A program made the position numbers and the translations under genes. A DNA stretch of 64,000 nucleotides, taken from Deltaproteobacteria bacterium (GTDB lineage Bacteria; Desulfobacterota; RBG-13-43-22). Below the pieces are notes generated by a model. It did no database searches and was not told where the DNA came from. It was given only the letters and a program-made list of their open reading frames with translations. Below, one piece after another: positions 1 to 8,975 of the stretch (positions are counted from its first letter, which is position 1; every line of letters begins with the position of its first letter). Location: positions 11,952 through 75,951 of the forward strand of contig JACRBX010000048.1 in assembly GCA_016219225.1 (NCBI GenBank), read 5' to 3'.

Positions 1-1891
1 CATCAAAAGCATCGAGGAATACCAAAAAATCTATAACTGGTCGGCGGAGAATACCGAGGAATTCTGGGCCAGGATGGCCGGGGAGCACCTGACCTGGTAC
101 AGAAAGTGGGACAAGGTCTGGGACTGGGATTTTTATAAACCCTCTGTCCAGTTTTTTGTGGGCGGCAAATTAAACGCCTCCTACAACTGCCTGGACCGGC
201 ACCTGGGTTCCCCGCTGCGCAACAAGGCGGCCCTCATCTGGGAAGGGGACCTGGGGGACTACAAGACCTATACCTACCAGCAGCTCTATACCGAGGTGAA
301 CCGCTTCGCCAACGTGCTGAAGAAAAACGGGATCACCAAAGGCGACCGGGTGACCATTTACCTGCCCATGATCCCGGAACTGCCGATCGCCATGCTGGCC
401 TGCGCCCGGATCGGGGCCATCCACAGTATCGTCTTCGGAGGCTTCAGCCCTTCTTCCCTCAGGGACCGGATCCAGGACTGCCAGTCGACCCTGGTGATCA
501 CCGCCGACAACGGCCTGCGGGGAAACAAACTGGTGCCCTTGAAAACCAACGCCGACGAGGCCCTCAAGGAGTGCCCTTTCGTCGGGAAGGTCATCGTGGT
601 CAACCGGGCCGGGAAGACCGAAATGCAGACCGGCCGGGATCTTTGGTGGCACGAACAGATGAAGGCCCCGGATATCGGCAATTACTGCGAACCGGAGGTG
701 ATGGACGCCGAGGACCCCCTGTTCATTCTCTATACCTCCGGCTCCACCGGCAAACCCAAAGGGGTGCTGCACACCACCGGCGGCTATCTGCTCTATACCA
801 ACCTGACCTTTAAGTGGATCTTCGACTATCACGAGGAGCTGACCCATTTCTGTACGGCCGATATCGGCTGGGTGACCGGGCACAGCTACATCGTCTACGG
901 GCCCTTATCGGCCGGGGCCACCAGTCTGATGTACGAAGGCATCCCGACTTATCCCAATGCCGGCCGGTTCTGGGATATTGTAGACAAACACCAGGTCAAC
1001 ATCATCTATACGGCCCCCACAGCCATCCGGGCCCTGATGCGGGAGGGGACGGACTGGGTCACCAGGCATGATCTGTCTTCGCTGCGATTGCTGGGTACGG
1101 TAGGTGAGCCCATCAACCCCGAGGCCTGGATGTGGTATTACAAATATGTCGGGAAGGAGAAGCTGCCCATCGTAGACACCTGGTGGCAGACCGAGACCGG
1201 CGGGATACTGATCACCCCCCTGCCCGGGGCCATGACCCTCAAACCCGGTTCGGCCGCCGGGCCTTTTCCTGGCATATTCCCCAAGGTGATCAAAGAAGAC
1301 GGCTCGGCGGCCAAGGCCAATGAGGGGGGATATCTGATTATCGAAAAGCCCTGGCCCGGTATGCTGCGGGGCACTTACGGCGATCCGGAAAACAAGCGGA
1401 TCAAGGAAGTCTACTTTTCCCGGTTCCCCGGGATGTATATGACCGGTGACGGGGCCAGGGTGGACCAGGACGGTGACTACTGGCTCCTGGGCCGGATCGA
1501 CGACGTCATCAACATTTCCGGACACCGTCTGGGAACGGCGGAAGTCGAGTCGGCCCTGGTCAGTCACCAGTCGGTGGCCGAATCGGCCGTGGTCGGCTTT
1601 CCCCACGAGATCAAGGGTGAGGGCATTTATGTCTTTGTAACCTTGAAAGAGGGCTTTGTCCCTACGGATGAATTGAAGAAGACCCTGGTGGCCCATGTCC
1701 GCAAGGTGATCGGACCCATTGCCTCACCGGACAAACTGCAGTTTACTTCGGGGTTACCCAAAACCCGTTCGGGAAAGATCATGCGCCGGATCCTGCGCAA
1801 GATCGCCCAGGGCGACGTGGAGGAGCTGGGCGACGTCTCGACCCTGGCCGATCCGAGCGTAGTAGGGAGCCTGGTTAAAGAGAGATTATAG
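1..1891 (+). CDS. acs: Acetyl-CoA synthetase (AMP-forming), 5' end cut by window edge
   Basis: The reading frame is open from position 2 ([29 protein letters not shown]...), matching the Acs N-terminal region. AMP-binding motif [12 protein letters not shown] and C-terminal [11 protein letters not shown] are present; stop at 1889-1891. Confidence 0.9.
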   Translation, partial: IKSIEEYQKIYNWSAENTEEFWARMAGEHLTWYRKWDKVWDWDFYKPSVQFFVGGKLNASYNCLDRHLGSPLRNKAALIWEGDLGDYKTYTYQQLYTEVNRFANVLKKNGITKGDRVTIYLPMIPELPIAMLACARIGAIHSIVFGGFSPSSLRDRIQDCQSTLVITADNGLRGNKLVPLKTNADEALKECPFVGKVIVVNRAGKTEMQTGRDLWWHEQMKAPDIGNYCEPEVMDAEDPLFILYTSGSTGKPKGVLHTTGGYLLYTNLTFKWIFDYHEELTHFCTADIGWVTGHSYIVYGPLSAGATSLMYEGIPTYPNAGRFWDIVDKHQVNIIYTAPTAIRALMREGTDWVTRHDLSSLRLLGTVGEPINPEAWMWYYKYVGKEKLPIVDTWWQTETGGILITPLPGAMTLKPGSAAGPFPGIFPKVIKEDGSAAKANEGGYLIIEKPWPGMLRGTYGDPENKRIKEVYFSRFPGMYMTGDGARVDQDGDYWLLGRIDDVINISGHRLGTAEVESALVSHQSVAESAVVGFPHEIKGEGIYVFVTLKEGFVPTDELKKTLVAHVRKVIGPIASPDKLQFTSGLPKTRSGKIMRRILRKIAQGDVEELGDVSTLADPSVVGSLVKERL

Positions 1892-1892
1892 A

Positions 1893-2060
1893 AAAAAGCG
1901 AATGTCGAATATCGAATACTGAATAATAAATGTCGAAGGAAGGAAAATACAACCCACTTCATGATTTGAAATTCGATGTTCGATTTTTAATATTCGTTTT
2001 TTCGTTCTAAACTCTCATGCCTCCAGAGGCACCACGAAGCATGAAAATTTCTTTCGCCAG
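1893..2060. repeat. Intergenic repeat tract: 7-mer CGAATAT-type tandem array plus the core module TCATGCC..GGCACCACGAAGCATGAAAAT (2015-2048)
   Basis: Direct reading: tcgaatatcgaatactgaataataaatgtcgaagg followed by catgcctccagaggcaccacgaagcatgaaaat. The same module recurs at 17716, 18111, 22305, 32263 and 38599. Confidence 0.7.
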
Positions 2061-2186
2061 ACATCGATTTTAAGGGTTTTTTTACTTACTTTGAGCTTTC
2101 AGCTTTGAGCTATTTTCGCAATAAAATACCCGGGGGCCCGCTAAGGAAAAGCGGCGCCTCGCCAGGTCTTCATCAGTGGAGGGACC

Positions 2187-2381
2187 ATGCCTGACAGTTC
2201 GCAGATCCAGAAAACGCGGAAAAAATCGCCATTTAAAAAGACCCCACCGGAATCCCGGCAGGAGCCCCTTTCTCAGGAAAAACAGAGAAAGCTCAAAGAA
2301 TTGGATGATTATATCGAAAGTGTCCTCCAGGAGGCCGGTGAAGATTTCTTAGATCGTTTCAAACAGGTCGAAGGGGAATAG
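2187..2381 (+). CDS. Pup/UBact-like small protein modifier candidate (64 aa, C-terminus ...FKQVEGE)
   Basis: SD GGAGGGACC precedes the ATG. Disordered basic N-terminus, then an acidic helix LKELDDYIESVLQEAGEDFLDRFKQVEGE that resembles the Pup ligase-binding region and ends in Glu. The stop is 2 nt before the PafA-like gene. Confidence 0.55.
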   Translation: MPDSSQIQKTRKKSPFKKTPPESRQEPLSQEKQRKLKELDDYIESVLQEAGEDFLDRFKQVEGE

Positions 2382-2382
2382 G

Positions 2383-3858
2383 TTGCGTCACAGGATCTTC
2401 GGAACCGAAAACGAATATGCCCCTTTTGACCATAACCAGACGGCAACGCCCCAGGTCCCGCTATCCAACAGGGGTTGGCCCGAGGATCAAGGGGAATTGG
2501 CCGCCGGCCTGATCGAAGGCCTTCAGGGGTGCCAATACCCTCGGGCCGGAGAATTTTTGGGCAACGGTGGCCGATTGTACCTGGATCGGGGCGGGCACCC
2601 GGAATACGCTACCCCGGAGTGCCGCACGGTAAAAGACCTGGTGGCTCATGAAAAGGCCGGGGACGTCCTTATCCAGGCACTGGTGGAGAAGGTGCGCTCC
2701 CAACAACCCCACAACCGCCTCCATGTATACAAGAACAATTGCGATTCTTATGGCCACACCTATGGCGGCCATGAGAATTACCTGGTCACTTCCCTGGCCA
2801 TGAAGCATCTCGATCGTCTCGTCCCTTTCCTGGTTACCCGCCAGATCTATACCGGTACGGGCAAGATCATGACTTCCCCGCTCTGCAGCCTTCCGGCCTT
2901 CCAAATCAGCCAGCGGGCCGATTTTTTCGACGCAACCTTTTCCGACCGGACCTCCGAGACCCGGGGCATCATCAACATCCGTAAACGCGAAATAGCCCGG
3001 CCCGGAGAAAACCAGCGCCTGCATATCATCGTGGGCGACAGCAACATGTCCCAACCGGCCCTGGCCCTCAAAATAGGAACCACGGCCCTGATATTGCGGC
3101 TGTTGGAAGAAGAGGCCCTGGGCGAGGTCTTGGCCCTGGGCGCACCGGCCCAGGCCATCAAAGCGATCTCCCGTTCTTTGAAGGCCCCGGTGGCCATCCG
3201 GCGTCAAGGGCGGACCTTGCAGTACACGGCTTTAGAGGTCCAATCCCTGTATTTGGAAAAAGCCCTTCGATTCTGTGCCCGTCCGGGCACCGACCCCGAA
3301 GAGATCCGCTGGCTGGGCCTCTGGGAATATGTTTTGAAGGCCCTTAAATTTTTGGAAATCTCTCAGTCCGAGATGCTTCTTATCAACGACCCGGGAGAAT
3401 TGAAAAGAAAAATCGACTGGGTACTTAAACTCTGGCTCCTCAGCCGCTCCCGGTCCAAGGGTGCCGATGATCGGCAATTGAAACTCCTGGATCTGATATA
3501 CCACGACCTGGACCCTGCCTCCGGGCTCTTTGAACGTTGTCAGGCCCTGGGGCTGGTAGACCGGCTTGTGGACGAGGAGCGCATCCGACAGGCCCGGCGC
3601 AATCCTCCTGCGGACACCCGGGCCAGGCTGCGGGGCCTGATCATACAAAAAGCTTTTCATCAAAACGTGGACGTCCAGGTGGAGAACTGGGAAAGCATCC
3701 AGGTCCGGGCCCATCATCGTCGGGCCGGGATAAACCACCCTTTCCGCAACCTTACCACCGCGATGAACAAACTGGGGATCCGTCTGGATGACCCCTTCCA
3801 GGGAGAAAATCCCCAGGCCCTGGAGGAACTGGAACAATTTATTTTGGCCTGGGGCTGA
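2383..3858 (+). CDS. Pup-ligase/deamidase family protein (PafA/Dop-like, carboxylate-amine ligase)
   Basis: Motifs shared with PafA/Dop: N-terminal RIFGTENEY, GGRLYLDRGGHPEYATPEC, GGHENYL, LVPFLVTRQI, RLHIIVGDSNMS, DTRARLRG. No long Dop-loop insertion is apparent. Confidence 0.85.
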   Translation: MRHRIFGTENEYAPFDHNQTATPQVPLSNRGWPEDQGELAAGLIEGLQGCQYPRAGEFLGNGGRLYLDRGGHPEYATPECRTVKDLVAHEKAGDVLIQALVEKVRSQQPHNRLHVYKNNCDSYGHTYGGHENYLVTSLAMKHLDRLVPFLVTRQIYTGTGKIMTSPLCSLPAFQISQRADFFDATFSDRTSETRGIINIRKREIARPGENQRLHIIVGDSNMSQPALALKIGTTALILRLLEEEALGEVLALGAPAQAIKAISRSLKAPVAIRRQGRTLQYTALEVQSLYLEKALRFCARPGTDPEEIRWLGLWEYVLKALKFLEISQSEMLLINDPGELKRKIDWVLKLWLLSRSRSKGADDRQLKLLDLIYHDLDPASGLFERCQALGLVDRLVDEERIRQARRNPPADTRARLRGLIIQKAFHQNVDVQVENWESIQVRAHHRRAGINHPFRNLTTAMNKLGIRLDDPFQGENPQALEELEQFILAWG

Positions 3859-3864
3859 TAGACT

Positions 3865-4581
3865 ATGGATGGTCCGGATAAAAAAATCGTAAATATCAAT
3901 AGAGACCTCGAACGCAGCCGGGTGCGTCACGTCGTGATCGGCCAGTATATGCTGCACGAGGTCCAGCACCATTCCTTGCAGCACACCGGTTCTCCTTCCC
4001 TGATCCCCAAGGCCCACAGCCCGATGGATATATACAAGTGCCTGCATCAGGGGGAATTCGGCGTGGGCCACAGCCTGGATTATCCCAAACGGTTCCGGCA
4101 GCGTCTGGTCCGGGAAACGATGGAAGACGAGCCGGAAGAAGGCGCCCAGGAACCGGCCTTGGAAGACATCTCGGCCGAAGGCCGGGTACTGCGGGTGAAC
4201 CTGCGCGCTTTTAGAGGCCTTTTTAATCACGAAATAGACAAGCGTATCGACCAATTGGCCCAGGTCTGTTTTGAATCCGCGGAAACCGCCCGAGGGAGTG
4301 AGACCCGTTTCAGGGAAACGCTGGCTTTTTTTAAGGACCTCAATCAGGCCAATGAATTGAGGATCGGAAGGCAGTCCTTCGCCTTTCCCGGAGAAATGGT
4401 CGATCGATTCCTGCTCGAGGTCCATGATTTAACCCGACGTCTGGGGCAGGTCCCGATCTTCGGTCATTCGCCGGACTACCGCCGGCTCAATCATCCGGCC
4501 TACCGGGTAGTAGATCGGACGGTCCTGGAAAAATCGCCTTTGGCCGGACTTTTGAAAAAGACGCCGGAACCGACCAGGTAA
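3865..4581 (+). CDS. Hypothetical protein (238 aa), co-operonic with Pup-ligase homologue
   Basis: Begins 7 nt after the PafA-like stop; codon usage is coding-like. The overlapping minus-strand ORF 3232-4425 is antisense to the PafA-like gene and is taken as spurious. Confidence 0.5.
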   Translation: MDGPDKKIVNINRDLERSRVRHVVIGQYMLHEVQHHSLQHTGSPSLIPKAHSPMDIYKCLHQGEFGVGHSLDYPKRFRQRLVRETMEDEPEEGAQEPALEDISAEGRVLRVNLRAFRGLFNHEIDKRIDQLAQVCFESAETARGSETRFRETLAFFKDLNQANELRIGRQSFAFPGEMVDRFLLEVHDLTRRLGQVPIFGHSPDYRRLNHPAYRVVDRTVLEKSPLAGLLKKTPEPTR

Positions 4582-4594
4582 CGGAGGAAGATCC

Positions 4595-4906
4595 ATGGAT
4601 ATCAAAACCGCGGCGGCGGAGTTTCACGGGGCCTGTCTGGCGATTCTGGATCAACCAGAACTCCCAGCAGAATTAGCCTACCGGATGCAGCGGATCATAG
4701 ACCGCTTCCTGCCGGTGGCGGATAAGATGTATCTCAAGACGGTAAAAGGCTTCCAAACCGTTTTGCAGTGCACCCAGCAGGCCAGGACCATTACAGATCA
4801 CCTGCCAGCCGGCCGGTACCTTTTCTATCGGCAGGTTACGGATCTGGAAAATACCCTGGAGGAACTCCTCAAGGCGGCCTACGCATTTCGCATCAAGGCC
4901 GGCTGA
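4595..4906 (+). CDS. Hypothetical protein (103 aa)
   Basis: ORF 14 nt after the previous stop on the same strand; no recognisable motif. Confidence 0.45.
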   Translation: MDIKTAAAEFHGACLAILDQPELPAELAYRMQRIIDRFLPVADKMYLKTVKGFQTVLQCTQQARTITDHLPAGRYLFYRQVTDLENTLEELLKAAYAFRIKAG

Positions 4907-5067
4907 AATGAACCTGCCTTGGATTGTGGAGTTCGGAGTTCAAAGGAGTTTTCGATTGAAGAGTTAAGATCTAAGATATACGGATTTGATTTTGACTTCC
5001 TTCGACATTCATCATTCGTTATTCGATATTCGATATTCGCCTGTTTTATAAGGGTTCAAGAGAAAAT

Positions 5068-6900
5068 ATGGAAAATTCAAGCACTTCCTTCCAGGCCCTT
5101 TTACTGCAACCTCCCCCGGGAGATTTGACCGGCCCTTATCCGGCCCTGGGCTATTTGAAATCCTACGCCGCTCACCAGGGATTTTGCGTGAAAGTCAAAG
5201 ATCTGGGGATCGAAGCCCTGGATCATTTAACCCGGCCAGACCGGATCGCCCCCCTTCTCGACCAGGCCCGATCCATGCTTGGAGGGCTCAAGGCCCAAAA
5301 AGCCTTGGATGCCTCGGCACAGCAGCATTACCGCTTTTTATTGGCCGCCCTGGCGGCCGGACGACCGCCTCAATGGTTCTCCACCAACCTGGAAATTTTC
5401 CGGGACCCCGACCGGTTTTATGACTATCGGGAATATCAGAAGGCCCGGCTGGCCTTGAATGCCTTTTTCGGTCTGCTCAGCGCCGTCCATTTTCCCACCG
5501 TTCTGACTGCCGCCGAGTATCCCACGGCCGGCAGTCTCAAGACCTGGCCGGCTATCCTGGAACATTGCCAGGCCAGGGTCAACCCTTATGTGCATTACTA
5601 CGAAGAGGTCCTCTTCCCCCTGTTAGCCGCCCATCCGCCGGCCCTGGTAGGCATCTCCATGGTCTTTGCCAACCAGTCGGTCCAGGCCCTGGTCCTGGGC
5701 CGCCTGATCAAGAGGCACTTCCCCCAGATCCAGGTGACCATGGGAGGCGCCTATCTTTCCCAATGGGTCATGCTCCTGGAAGGTGCCCGGCTGGAAGAAT
5801 TTTTTCAGTGCACCGATTCCATCGTTATCGGGGAAGGAGAAAAACCCTTTGCCCGGCTGCTGGGAAAAATTAGCAACGGCCAGGGGCTGGAGGCGGTCCC
5901 AAATTTAGTCTATCGCCAGCGGTCAACGGGGAGGATCCATCGGTCGGCCGCTTTTGAATATACGGATATCGCTCACCAGCCTCCCCCTGATTTTTCCGAT
6001 CTCGACCTGGCCGCCTATTTGAGTCCCCAGCCTGTTATCCCCTACTGCATCAGCCGGGGTTGTTATTGGGGGAAATGTGTCTTTTGCCAGAACCGCTACG
6101 GGGACCGGCAAGTTCGCCGCTATCAGGTGGTTCCCGTAGATAAAGCCATCGAAGAACTATCGGCCTTGGCGGACCGATACGGCTCGAACCATTTTAATTT
6201 CAGTAACGACGTGATCGATCCGAAATATCTGAAGCGGTTCAGTCAGGCGGTCGAATCCTCCGGCCGGAAGTTTGTCTGGAATACGGATTTACGGGCGGAG
6301 AAGGCCTATACCAGGGATGTCTGCCGACTGATGGCCAGGGCCGGGTTAAACGCTGTGGCCATCGGGTTTGAAAGCGGCTGCCAGAAGGTCCTGGAAGCCA
6401 TGGATAAAGGCAATCGGGTGCCTACCACCCGGCAGGTCTTGAAAAATTTATACCAGGCCGGGGTGGCCACCCAGGCCATGGGCTTTTTTGGATTCCCCGG
6501 AGAAACGGAAGCAGACGGAGAAAAGACCGTTCGGTTTTTGGAGGAAAACATCGCCTGTATTTCTTATTATGTTATGGGTCTTCTGCTGGTGCTTCCCGGC
6601 TCCAGGATGTACGAAGACCCCCGGCGGTTCGGGGTAACCGCTCTCCGATACGAAGGCAATTCCCTGATGACCCCGGAGCCGGTCTGGAAATCAGATATCC
6701 GTATGTCCATGGCCGCGGTCAATCGTCTCTATCAGCGGTTGAGCCGGCTGGAAGCCCTTTATCTCCTGGATGACTATCCCTACGTGGGAGGCTTATCCAC
6801 CAATCATGGTTTTCTTTATTTTAAGTCCGGACCGGACATCCTCAAGGTCCTGCGAAAGCAGGAAAAGGAAGGAACCCATCAACAGATGCTGGTTGCTTGA
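5068..6900 (+). CDS. B12-binding domain radical SAM protein (cluster motif CYWGKCVFC = CX4CX2C)
   Basis: N-terminal Rossmann-like B12-binding region (ALVGISMVFANQ...VTMGGAYLS), then SRGCYWGKCVFCQN and a radical SAM barrel. 610 aa. Confidence 0.8.
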   Translation: MENSSTSFQALLLQPPPGDLTGPYPALGYLKSYAAHQGFCVKVKDLGIEALDHLTRPDRIAPLLDQARSMLGGLKAQKALDASAQQHYRFLLAALAAGRPPQWFSTNLEIFRDPDRFYDYREYQKARLALNAFFGLLSAVHFPTVLTAAEYPTAGSLKTWPAILEHCQARVNPYVHYYEEVLFPLLAAHPPALVGISMVFANQSVQALVLGRLIKRHFPQIQVTMGGAYLSQWVMLLEGARLEEFFQCTDSIVIGEGEKPFARLLGKISNGQGLEAVPNLVYRQRSTGRIHRSAAFEYTDIAHQPPPDFSDLDLAAYLSPQPVIPYCISRGCYWGKCVFCQNRYGDRQVRRYQVVPVDKAIEELSALADRYGSNHFNFSNDVIDPKYLKRFSQAVESSGRKFVWNTDLRAEKAYTRDVCRLMARAGLNAVAIGFESGCQKVLEAMDKGNRVPTTRQVLKNLYQAGVATQAMGFFGFPGETEADGEKTVRFLEENIACISYYVMGLLLVLPGSRMYEDPRRFGVTALRYEGNSLMTPEPVWKSDIRMSMAAVNRLYQRLSRLEALYLLDDYPYVGGLSTNHGFLYFKSGPDILKVLRKQEKEGTHQQMLVA

Positions 6901-6950
6901 TATTGGGGTAGAGATTTTATCCAGCATCCCGCATCCAGCATCCAGCCCTT

Positions 6951-8975
6951 CTAATGCTCGCTGCTGAGGTGAGGCAGGTGACCATAGCCGGTTTGAATCT
7001 TGTACAGGATACGCAGGAGTTCAGCGCAGGCAATGGGTTTGCGCACCACCCGATCGACCCCGCAACGGGACAGTTCGGCCGGATCAAGCTTTTTATCCAC
7101 ACCGGTATAGAGCAGAAAAGGGGTTTTCGGACGTCCGGTCTGTCTGGCGTAATCCAGGGCGGCCCGCCCGAGTTCCAGTCCATTCATCCCGTCCATGCCA
7201 AAATCACACAGGATCACATCATAACGGTCCCCATAAATAGAGGCCAGACCTTTCTCGGCTGTACCGGCGGTCGTAAGATCGACCGGGGAATCTTCAAAGA
7301 ACATCTCCATCATCTTGAGAATATTCTTTTCGTCGTCGATGAGTAAAAATTTTATTTTTGTTTCGTTTGAGGTTCGTTCGCCGGGGATATTTTCCTTCTC
7401 TTCTATGGCCGGAGCCTGGGACCGGGGCAGGATGATGGTAAAAGTGGCCCCTTTCCCCGGACCGCTGTTAACAACCATGTCCCCCTGGTGTTTCTTAATG
7501 ATGCCATAACTGGAAGAAAGGCCCAGACCGCTGCTCTTTTCCCCTTTGGTTGTAAAAAAGGGCTGGAAAAGACGTTGCCGGTTTTCTTCTAAAATCCCTT
7601 CCCCCGTATCGCTGATCGACAAAAGAACATGTTCCGGTCGGTTCTCGGGAGAGATCGTCAGGACACCCCCTTTCGGCATGGCCTCCAGGGCGTTTTTGAT
7701 AAGGTTCACCAGAACTTCGTACAGTTCGGACGGATTACCCCTGACCCGGCCTCCCAAAGGCCGGATATAGTTCAGACGATATTTGCCCGGGTTGGCCGGA
7801 TTGGCCCAGAGTGAAGAGGTGAGCTGCACGGCTTCGGATACCAGGTCACCCAGATCGAACACCTTGGCCTCTTCGATTTTATCGGTCTTGGCTGCGGTAA
7901 ATTCCTTGATCCGCCGGACAATATCGGCTCCTCGATGGCAGGCTTCCATCATGGTCAGAATGGCCTCGCGGCTTTTTCGGATTTCTCCGGAAGCCAGCTT
8001 GTTCAGGGCCGCTTCGCCGCCCCCCAGGATCATTTGAAGAAGGTTATTGAAATTGTGGGCCACGCCGCTGGCCATTTCCCCAACGGCCGACAACCGTTCG
8101 CTTCGAATCAGTTTTTCTTCCATCCGTTTCCGGGCGCTCAAATCCCGGGCAACGCTCAGCACCGCCGGTTTGCGTTGAAAATCGATAAGCCGCGAATGAA
8201 ATTCATAGGGGATGATCTCACCGGATTGGGTAATTGTTTCGAGTTCAAATTGAACCGTTTCTCCGGAGCGGACTTTTTCGCCCATACGCCGCAAAACCTT
8301 TAATTGCGTCGGCCGGACAATGTCGGTAAAGGTCAGGTTAAGCAACTGCTGGCGGGTGTATTGCAGCCGGAGGCAGGCCACGTCGTTGACCTCCAGAAAG
8401 GCTCCCTGGGAATGACTGATAAAGACCGGATCGATGACGTTATCAAACAGTTCCTTATAGCGCAGCAGCCCTTCGTTTTTTTTACGTTCGGTGATATCCC
8501 GGGCCAGGGCTACAAAACATTTTTTCTCCTGAACCTCCACAACCATGCCGGTGACTTCGGCATCGACCAGATCCCCGTCCCTTTTGCGAAAGCTTCTTTC
8601 TTGAATGTGAACAACGCCCTCGGCCACTGCCTTGCGAATATTCTCGATGACCCCTTCGGCACCCGGGGCGAGAATATGTTCGATCCCCATGGTCAGGAGC
8701 TCGGCCCGGGAATAGCCCAACCATCGCAGGGTAAAAGGATTGCAGTCCAAGATGCCGTGGCTCTCCATATCCAGGATATAGATGGCCTCTGGGGCATTTT
8801 CTATAATGGCCCGGAAGTTGGCTTCCGAAGTACTGACCTTTTCCAGGACTTGATTGAATTCAGCGGTGGCTTCCTTGAGCAGGTTGGTCAGGATGTCCGA
8901 CTTACGCTCAGATTGCTCCAGAAGCTCTTCCAACTCCTGGATCCGTTGTTCGAGGCTTTGGATCCTTTCCATCAT
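6951..8975 (-). CDS. Hybrid sensor histidine kinase (coiled-coil, PAS, HisKA/HATPase, C-terminal receiver)
   Basis: H-box SGVAHNFNNLLQ, ATPase motifs DTGEGI...GLGLS, and a C-terminal receiver domain LLIDDE...DVILCDFGMDGMNGLEL. Confidence 0.85.
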   Translation of the reverse strand: MMERIQSLEQRIQELEELLEQSERKSDILTNLLKEATAEFNQVLEKVSTSEANFRAIIENAPEAIYILDMESHGILDCNPFTLRWLGYSRAELLTMGIEHILAPGAEGVIENIRKAVAEGVVHIQERSFRKRDGDLVDAEVTGMVVEVQEKKCFVALARDITERKKNEGLLRYKELFDNVIDPVFISHSQGAFLEVNDVACLRLQYTRQQLLNLTFTDIVRPTQLKVLRRMGEKVRSGETVQFELETITQSGEIIPYEFHSRLIDFQRKPAVLSVARDLSARKRMEEKLIRSERLSAVGEMASGVAHNFNNLLQMILGGGEAALNKLASGEIRKSREAILTMMEACHRGADIVRRIKEFTAAKTDKIEEAKVFDLGDLVSEAVQLTSSLWANPANPGKYRLNYIRPLGGRVRGNPSELYEVLVNLIKNALEAMPKGGVLTISPENRPEHVLLSISDTGEGILEENRQRLFQPFFTTKGEKSSGLGLSSSYGIIKKHQGDMVVNSGPGKGATFTIILPRSQAPAIEEKENIPGERTSNETKIKFLLIDDEKNILKMMEMFFEDSPVDLTTAGTAEKGLASIYGDRYDVILCDFGMDGMNGLELGRAALDYARQTGRPKTPFLLYTGVDKKLDPAELSRCGVDRVVRKPIACAELLRILYKIQTGYGHLPHLSSEH

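Noticed and set aside
170-1696. Minus-strand ORFs (170-883, 905-1696) inside acs, and similar long antisense ORFs inside aor (11121-12707), the DUF362 gene (22549-23403), adh (27420-28130), the beta-propeller gene (28729-29613), the ACAD gene (47030-47713) and others
   Set aside because: Each is fully contained in and antisense to a confidently identified gene, which is the usual GC-rich frame artefact.
3232-4425. 397-aa minus-strand ORF overlapping the 3' third of the PafA-like gene and the 238-aa ORF
   Set aside because: It is antisense to a gene with strong family motifs and has the Q/L/G/P-rich composition typical of mirror-frame ORFs in GC-rich DNA, so it is treated as spurious.
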